DNA of 64,000 bases from the NCBI GenBank assembly GCA_951406725.2, contig OX597835.1:17732001-17796000 (forward strand). Reading direction: 5' to 3'. The stretch comes from Octopus vulgaris. Lineage: Eukaryota. The notes under the pieces are model-generated. The model was not told where the DNA came from and did no database searches. It saw nothing but the letters and a program-made list of their open reading frames with translations. Every line of letters starts with the position of its first letter. Within the stretch, counting starts at the first letter, position 1. The position numbers and the translations under genes were made by a program. Positions 56,396 to 64,000 of this stretch are shown piece after piece.

Positions 56396-56475
<80 letters not shown>

Positions 56476-57184
56476 TAATATAAAGTACGCAGCAGTAAGA
56501 CAATCTGGAGTTTACTAGTGACATCTTCAGAATCACCATCAGTTAGCTTCAAGTATGATTGCCTGCGATGGGATTCCGTCTGACACAAGATTACACTTGA
56601 TTGGGATAATGTTACTGCTAAAACAAAAAGATGAACAAAAAAGAAACTAGCAAACCAGAAAAAAAAACCCCAGGAATTTGGGAAGTAAGCAGAAAAGTGG
56701 CAAAATGGTGGAATAAGAGTTGGAAGAGCGAAAGGATGAAGGGGAGGGAAATGATGAAGGGGGAGAGAAAGGCTGAAGGGGAGAGAAAAAGGGAGTGGAC
56801 CGGTAGAGGGTAGGCTGGGAGACTGGCTTTAGATTGACGTTTCGGTATGTCAGCAGTTTCACCGAATAATTAGAGGTATACTTTTCCGTGTGTCATTCTT
56901 TTTGTTTGTACGTATTTGTAAGTGTTTGTGTGTGTATTTTTTAAATACATGTACATATATATTTATATACACATATATATGTACATATATATACATAGAT
57001 ATATACATACACAGAAACGTGTATAGATATATATATATAGATAGATACATATACATATCTACATCTATATCTATCTCTCGCTCTCTCTCTCTCTATATAT
57101 ATATATGCAGGTATATATATTTGAATATATATACACGCGCACAAACACACACATATGTACAGATATACACACACATCTATATGG

Positions 57185-57219
<35 letters not shown>

Positions 57220-57590
57220 CATATATATGTGTGTGTGTGTGTATGTACATTATATATTTGTGGATGTAAAGATAAGATTAAAGGATAGATATTAAAAGTC
57301 TATCCTACCATTCTAAAATCCATAATGCTTCACTAATGAAAATGTGTCAATGATTGACATGCGCAACGTTCAATCTATTATTATTATCTACTATAATAAT
57401 ACTCGTGTGCATTTCTCCGTCATAACATATGAATGTGAAAGGAAGGGGTCATAGATGAATAAGGAAGGAAGGGGTGTTGGCAAACTTGGCAGTGGGATGA
57501 TGGAAGTTCTGCGATGAAAGAAAAACGCAAACGGTGTTTCAACTCTGCGTGAATATATATGCGTGTGTATGTAAAAGGGTGTCATGTAAG

Positions 57591-57656
<66 letters not shown>

Positions 57657-57975
57657 TGTGTAATGGAAATGGGATGGTTAACAGTCATCACTGAAAGAAA
57701 AATCAGACAGCGTTCCAACTTCGTGTGAGTATATGAGTGTGTATATATATTTTGAGTCCAAATTCCGCTGATGTCGAATTAGTGTTAATCGTTTCGGGGT
57801 CGATGAAATAATTACCAGATGTGCCTGTGTGGTAAGAAGCTTCTTTCTCAACCACATGGTTCTGCGTTCAGCGCCACTGCGTGACACCTTAGCGAAGTGT
57901 CTACTACTATAGCCTTGGGCTGACCTTAGCATTGTGAGTGGATTTGGTAGACGGAAACTAAAAGAAGCTTGTCGG

Positions 57976-58039
<64 letters not shown>

Positions 58040-58136
58040 CGGGAAGCTTTATGAAAATAGACAAAAGACGAAGGCAGGTGGAAAACAAACAAACAATTGT
58101 ATTAGTATGGCGCTCAGGAAATATAAATAAAACAAG

Positions 58137-58174
58137 TCTTTAACGTTTCGAGCCTACGCTCTTCAACAGAAAGA
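58137..58174 (-). ncRNA. Minimal type I hammerhead ribozyme-like motif, variant core CUGUUGA
   Basis: UCUUU-CUGUUGA-A-GAGC-GUAG-GCUC-GAA-ACGU-U-AAAGA: 5-bp stem I, 4-bp stem II, palindromic ACGU stem III. Confidence 0.75.
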
Positions 58175-58237
58175 TACACAGAGAGAAAAAAACACAGAAA
58201 GAAGGAGAGAAAAAAAATGCGTGCAGTAACTAACGAA

Positions 58238-59731
58238 TCAACATGGCGATCCGTGGATGTGGGAGGGAAGAGATGCTACTAGGGGGGCAAGGACACGGTC
58301 GAGGTATTTAGAGATGAGCTCCGTGGGGCAGTTACAGGCGGAGACGATGGGGCGGCCAGGGTTGTTGGGTTTGTGGATTTTGGGGAGGAAGTAAATGGTG
58401 GGGGTACGTGGGGTTCGCACAATTAGGTTGGATGCGGTGCGGGGGAGAGGGGAGGGCGAGATGAGGTGGCGGACAGTAGAGGATACCGTCTGTTGGTAGC
58501 TACGTGTGGGGTTAGAGGGCAGAGGGGAATAGAAGGAGGTGTCATTGAGTTGGCGGAAAGCCTCGGCCCTATAGAGGTCCACGCGCCACACCACTACAGC
58601 TCCACCCTTGTCAGCCGGTTTGATGATAATGTCAGCGCGCCGTTGGAGGGAACGAAGAGCCAAGAGCTCAGCCGGGGAGATGTTGAAGCGGCGTTGGCGC
58701 CTGGAGAAGTTGAACCGCTCCAATGCACGCTGACAAGCGCCCGCGAAAAGATCCACTGCTAGGATCTGGCCAGGAGCAGGCGTCCACGGGGATGGTCGGC
58801 GGCCCAGGCCAGTGAAGCAGTCCTCTTCGTTGGGTGTGGGTGGCGAGTCGTGGTAATGCGCACCCAACCGGACACGGCGCACAAAGCTGTGGACATCAAC
58901 TCGCGTCTGGAATTCCTTACAGGATGGAGTGAGGGGGATGAAACGCAGACCCCTACCAAGGACGGAGCGTTCAGCCGCAGAGAGGGGAAGATCGGGGGGA
59001 ATGGTAACAACAGACGGAAGTGGAGAAGGGGTGGGTGGAATAGAAGCAGGGGGGTGGTAGGTCTCGTGGAGGTCTGAGGGGGAGGGATTGGGGAGGTGTG
59101 TGGGGGGTGGTTGGGGGGCAGTAGGGTTAGGTGTAGGTGGATGGAGCCTATCGGGAGGGGAGAAGGGGTTGTAGGGAGGGGCAGTGGGGTTAGGTGTGGG
59201 TGGATGGAGCCTATCGGGAGGGGAGAAGGGTGGTGGAGGAGTTGGGGTAGTGGCGTCGGGTAGGGTGGAATGGAAGAGTGATTGGAGTTTACGAAGTTTG
59301 GTATCAGAAAGAAATTGATGGAAGAGTTAATTCAAATGGATAATGAAGCGTAGCGTGTTTGGAGCATAGAGAGGCGGCAGAGAGGAGAAGAAGGTGGAGA
59401 AAGCAGGAGGAAGAAGGCGGTTGATGGCATGTAGTTTAGAGAGATTGGAGCGAATGGTGGCCCGCATAAGGCGGTAAGATGTGGTGCGGAGTATTGGTAA
59501 GATGGAAGAATCCGAGTGGAGAGCAGGGTGGAAGTGGAGGCGGAAACCTTTAGGGATGAGTCGGTGATGTAGGCAGCGGCTTAGGAAAGAGACATGGCTA
59601 GAGAAGCGGGTTTTTTTAAAAAGAAGTAGAGAGAGATTAACGGACGGCTGAAGGCAATATACAGGAAGGGAACGGAGATAATCCTTCAAACGGTGATGGA
59701 GGGTGAGAAGGTAGGACCTAGGATCCGGCAT
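58238..59731 (-). pseudogene. PLE polyprotein, N-terminal ~497 codons (N-terminal domain, Pro-rich linker, start of RT); catalytic RT and GIY-YIG domains missing
   Basis: Manual translation gives one frame from MPDPRS (59731) with a single in-frame TAA at 59327-59329. It contains HVSFLSRC..LIPKGFRL, SVLGRGLRFIP, IIIKPADKGGAVVV, IYFLPKIHKPNNPGRPIVS and LPSHI, then joins the pLTR. Confidence 0.9.
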
Positions 59732-60460
59732 GATGGGATAGCGGAAAAAAAACAAACGTTCGAAAAAACAAAAAAAAACAAAAAACAAAAAATTATCGTA
59801 TGAAAAAAATTGAAAAAAAGGGATAGCGAAAAAAGGGGAAAAAACAAACGTTCAATAAAACAAAAAAATAATAATCTATGAAAAAACTAGATAAGTAAGC
59901 GATAGGGGCAGAAAAGACGGGTCAAACGGAAAAGGGAAAGAAAGAAGGGAAGCAGAGAGAGGGGGAGGCAAAAAAGGGGGGTGCAGGCAGAGGAAACAGA
60001 GTATGGACATCCAGAGAGGGAAGAAAGACGGAAAGGAGAACAAAAATGCAGGAAAATGTGGAAAGCATGAAATGAATGTAAAAAAAGTGGTAATATATGA
60101 GAAAATAAAAATACAACAAACGGGACAGTTTATGCGAACAAGTTCAAGGTTGAAAGTTCAAGGTGAGAAATGTGTAGACGTCGTGGTATATTTTTTAAGG
60201 ATTTCACATCAATGCAAAGTCACTTTGATCCGCGAAAGAGAGGTGCAGCAGTCAATGGTAAGTATCCAAGAGGTAAAGAAAATCCAAGGTAGAGGTAAGT
60301 GTTGATAGTGGTATTGGTAGAATATAGGATGAAAGTGAGACCACGTGAGCGCATAATATATAACGGGAAGCTTTATGAAAATAGACAAAAGACGAAGGCA
60401 GGTGGAAAATAAACAAACAATTGTATTAGTATGGCGCTCAGGAAATATAAATAAAACAAG

Positions 60461-60498
60461 TCTTTAACGTTTCGAGCCTACGCTCTTCAACAGAAAGA
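60461..60498 (-). ncRNA. Minimal type I hammerhead ribozyme-like motif in second pLTR
   Basis: Identical 38-mer to 58137-58174. Confidence 0.75.
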
Positions 60499-60567
60499 TA
60501 CACAGAGAGAAAAAAACACAGAAAGGAGAGAAAAAAAATGCGTGCAGTAACTAACGAATCAACATGG

Positions 60568-60656
<89 letters not shown>

Positions 60657-60663
60657 TATGTAT

Positions 60664-60774
<111 letters not shown>

Positions 60775-61031
60775 TATTATATTAGAGACATATGCATATA
60801 TGTATTTGTGAGTGTGTGTTTGTTCCCCACTACCGGTGTGAGTGTCTTTACGTCCCTGTAACTTAGCGACTCAGAAACAGAGATGGTAGAATAATTGCCA
60901 GGCTTAAGACTACTGAGGTCGATTCATTCGGCTAAAAAATCCTTGTAGACGATGCCCCAGCATGGCCGTAACCAACTATTGACTGAAACAAGTCAAATAG
61001 AAAAGATAAAAGCAATACTGGGGACGATGTA

Positions 61032-61068
61032 CAGTAATCCCTCGCAATATCGCGGTTCACCTATCGCC
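61032..61068 (+). mobile_element. Tigger/pogo-like TIR stub
   Basis: TA|CAGTAATCCCTCGCAATATCGCGGTTCAC. Confidence 0.4.
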
Positions 61069-62324
61069 GAGGTCTATAGCAGATGACACTTGCGCAAGGT
61101 GCCACGCAGTGAGACCGAACCCGGAACCATGTGGTTTGCAAGGAGGTTACTTACCACGCAACCACTCCTGCGTCTGTACTGTAAGATGTCAGTAGCAACA
61201 AGGGAGGAGCGGGGCATAATAGGTAGTTATCTAAGGGATAAATCGCCCGGATTGAATGATGGATTCTATATGGATTTTACTGTTACATACCAAAACTTAT
61301 TAGGCTACCTTTTGGCAAATGTCTTCTGCAATTGATGGATAGGTTGTAGCAGTAGGTCATACCATTCTGAAAAATATTGCTCGTCGATGGTGAACAGGAA
61401 AGTTCCCAGCTCTGGAGGTGGCGTGTGAACTTAGCTAAGAAGGGACACCAACTATAAAATGTTATAAATAATTTCCTGTTGATAATCCCACGAGATGCAA
61501 CGTATATTATTTGGCCAAGGTGTTAATCTGTTTCTTTATCTCATCTCTGTTAGAACGTGTATATTGTCAACTAATATGAACAACAAATAACTGAGAATAG
61601 TAAGCAACAGTAGTACAACGAATTAAATTATATAACTTATCATACGGCATTTGAAAAAATAATGGACGTGATGGTCACAGCAATTATTCACACCTAGAAA
61701 ATATATTTGCATAAAACAGCGTAGAGCTTATGAATAAAGAAATTAATTGGAACATTTTATATATATGAATACATAATTAACCTTGTTGTAGAATAAATTT
61801 ATTGTTAATATCCTCAGAGAGAATATCTTGGCCTAAAACAAAGAGCCCTGATTGATTAATGACTTCGGCCCGGTGATGTATTATTCAAATGACTGTCTGA
61901 TCATGTGACCTAATTCATTCAATTTGAGAGGAATATTACATTAATATAGACTCACATTTTGCGGAAATAATTCTTTGTACTAGAGATACAAGGCCTGATA
62001 TTTTTACGGGAGGGGGCTTGTCACTTACGTCAACCCACGATACTTATTACAGCGACCCTGAAGTGATAAAAGGTAAAGTTGACTTCGGCGGAAATTGAAC
62101 TCAGAACGTAAAGACCAACGAAATGCTGATGCACATTAATATACTTTTTACTATAGGGAGGGACAAGGCCTGAAATTTTGAAGGTGTAGATAAGTCAATT
62201 ACATCGACACAAGTGCTCAACTGCTACTTGTATTATCGACCCCGAAGGAATGAAAATCCAAGGTGACACCGGTAGAATTTGAATTCAGAATGTAAAGACA
62301 AACGAAATGCTCATTATTTACTTT

Positions 62325-62460
62325 CGACGGATATTTGTCCTCATCTTGTTTGTTGTTAACACAACGTTTCGTCTGGTTTACTCTCCAGTCTTCATTAGGT
62401 GTTCTGTTGGAATTTTGAACGCAACCCTGTGTTTTCATTCCTTAGGTACTTTTTGCTGAT
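62325..62460 (-). mobile_element. PLE pLTR fragment with decayed hammerhead (62358-62403)
   Basis: AACAC-CUAAUGA-A-GACUGG-AGAGUAAA-CCAGAC-GAA-ACGU-U-GUGUU: perfect 5-bp stem I, G5-to-A core change, one stem II mismatch. Confidence 0.72.
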
Positions 62461-62471
62461 GTTGTTATTGG

Positions 62472-62526
<55 letters not shown>

Positions 62527-62530
62527 GTTA

Positions 62531-62592
<62 letters not shown>

Positions 62593-62595
<3 letters not shown>

Positions 62596-63031
62596 TAGTT
62601 TTATTTTTATAACGTGCTTTCACTTCACTACCGAGCGCAGCTCTGTGTGCCTTAGGTATGTGCTGTGATTTGTTGTGATGCTCTTATGGTTACTGTATTG
62701 AAAGTGTCCTGCGTAGGATGTGTGCAGTGCCTAGTAGAGCAATTTTCTGTATATTATATGTGTTTGTAAGTCCTGGTGTTTTTGTTATGTATTTGTCTGA
62801 ATATTCTTTTATCCTGCCTAATGCACCTACTATGATAGGAATTGTTTCTGCTTTTAGATTCCACATTCTGGTTACCTCCATTTCCAGGTCTTTGTATTTT
62901 GAAAGTTTCTCCATTTCTTTTAGAGACACGTTGTCATCTGCGGTATTGATACATCAATTAGAAAGCATTTTTTTCTTCATGATCTCTGACAACTATATCT
63001 GGTCTGTTGGCCTTAATTTCTCTATATGTGT

Positions 63032-63032
<1 letters not shown>
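62593..63032 (-). mobile_element. R4/Dong-clade non-LTR retrotransposon 3' end (restriction-like endonuclease) in (TAA)n
   Basis: ANRPDIVV..FLIDVSIP..EKLSKYKDLEMEVTRMW..PIIVGALG..IQKIALLGTAHILRRTL plus 3' UTR. Long (TAA)n tracts on both sides. Confidence 0.9.
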
Positions 63033-63110
<78 letters not shown>

Positions 63111-63232
63111 TTCATTCATTCATTCATTCAAGGAATTGCCTGGAATTACCCTCGGAATCTTGGGTTTAGTAGCGCACGCTGTTAACCATTACCCTATATG
63201 ACCGTAGACAATTATAGAGTGATTTTTAGGGC

Positions 63233-63760
63233 TTATAAACTTAATATTTTCCTATCATTCCTTAATACCGGTTCCCATATGCTACTCATATCTGCACTAG
63301 GTCTGCTTAGGAGGTTATTGTGTCCTAGCATATGTGCTGCTTCTTTTAGTTTTCGTATTTTCAGTGGTGTTCTCTGTCTATTATTTTAACTTCATCCCAC
63401 AAGTGAAGGTGGTCTCCACTTTTCCATACATGATCAGCTGTACCCGATTTTTCAACATCTTTCGAGTCACAGCTGTACGATACTCCCCTACACTTATTTT
63501 GAGAGGGCTGCATGTTTTACCTTTGTATAACCTACCACAACTGCATGTGATGGAGTACACGCACGCTTTGGTCATACTCTCTTCTATTGGTGGTTTTACT
63601 CGGAGGAGATATTTGTGAAGTGTTGTATTACTCTTGAATACTGTCCCGATGTCATATGGATGTATGTCTTTTGTATCTTTTCCGAGAGGCCTTTCACATA
63701 GGGTAGAAAGACTGTGGTCAGTTTATGGGTTACATCCTCTCTCCTCTTCCTAATTGGAGT
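63233..63760 (-). pseudogene. Degenerate PLE 3' end (Penelope/Poseidon-like): RT thumb and GIY-YIG endonuclease
   Basis: Frameshifted peptides VFLPYVKGLSEKIQK, IRTVFKSNTTL, CVYSITCSCGRLYKGKT (GIY-YIG-like), WDEVKIIDREH and RKLKEAAHM. Confidence 0.85.
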
Positions 63761-63918
63761 GTTGTATTCTTTCGCCACAACTTTCTCTCACTCACTTTTC
63801 CTGTTTTTTGAGTAACATGCGATGGACTGGCGTCCCATCAAGCTGGGGGGAACACATGCCCCACAGAAACCGGGAAACCGGGCCCCAGAGCCTGGCTAGG
63901 CTTGAAAAGGGCGACGTT
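63760..63918 (+). mobile_element. Chimeric SINE fragment: family C body with family D tail
   Basis: CTTTCGCCACAACTTTCTCTCACT followed by TGAGTAACATGCGATGGACTGGCGTCCC..ACCGGGAAACCGGG..CTGGCTAGG. Confidence 0.75.
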
Positions 63919-64000
63919 TATTTTTTTATATTTAAACCTATTTTTGCGAAAGAACAGAAAAATATAAAATAGTGTTTTTGATTAAAAGCCATCACGATGT

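Larger units (their letters stand above)
58038..60571 (-). mobile_element. Penelope-like retroelement (Neptune-like), internally truncated, pLTR-ORF-pLTR, flanked by (TA)n
   Basis: Direct repeats at 58038-58250 and 60362-60571 differ by one substitution and one 3-bp indel. Between them lies a PLE-type ORF. (TA)n tracts sit on both sides. Confidence 0.92.

Overview
Repeat-dominated, AT-rich eukaryotic DNA, intronic or intergenic. It is most likely from an octopus, judging by the SINE families and the very high density of (TA)n, (CA)n, (TAGA)n, (TAA)n and (TAG)n tracts; this is inferred, not checked. I found no convincing host coding exon, and nearly all long ORFs in the track are microsatellite translations. 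Recognisable content: dozens of tRNA-derived SINEs from several modular families; R4/Dong-type LINE 3' ends sitting in (TAA)n; CR1/Jockey-like LINE remnants; Tc1/mariner remnants; two non-autonomous Helitrons; one Helentron-type element; and several Penelope-like element (PLE) pieces. The most notable system is a (TA)n-associated PLE family. One young, internally truncated copy (58038-60571, minus) is bounded by near-identical ~210-bp direct repeats, and three solo repeats lie elsewhere. All five repeats carry a minimal type I hammerhead-ribozyme fold with covarying stems but non-canonical cores (CUGUUGA, CUGUAGA or CCGACGA instead of CUGANGA). Also notable: a 111-nt hairpin whose non-Watson-Crick stem pairs are all G-U on the + strand, fold-back PLE ends, and SINE head/tail shuffling. 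All calls were made by eye, and boundaries of degenerate repeats are approximate.
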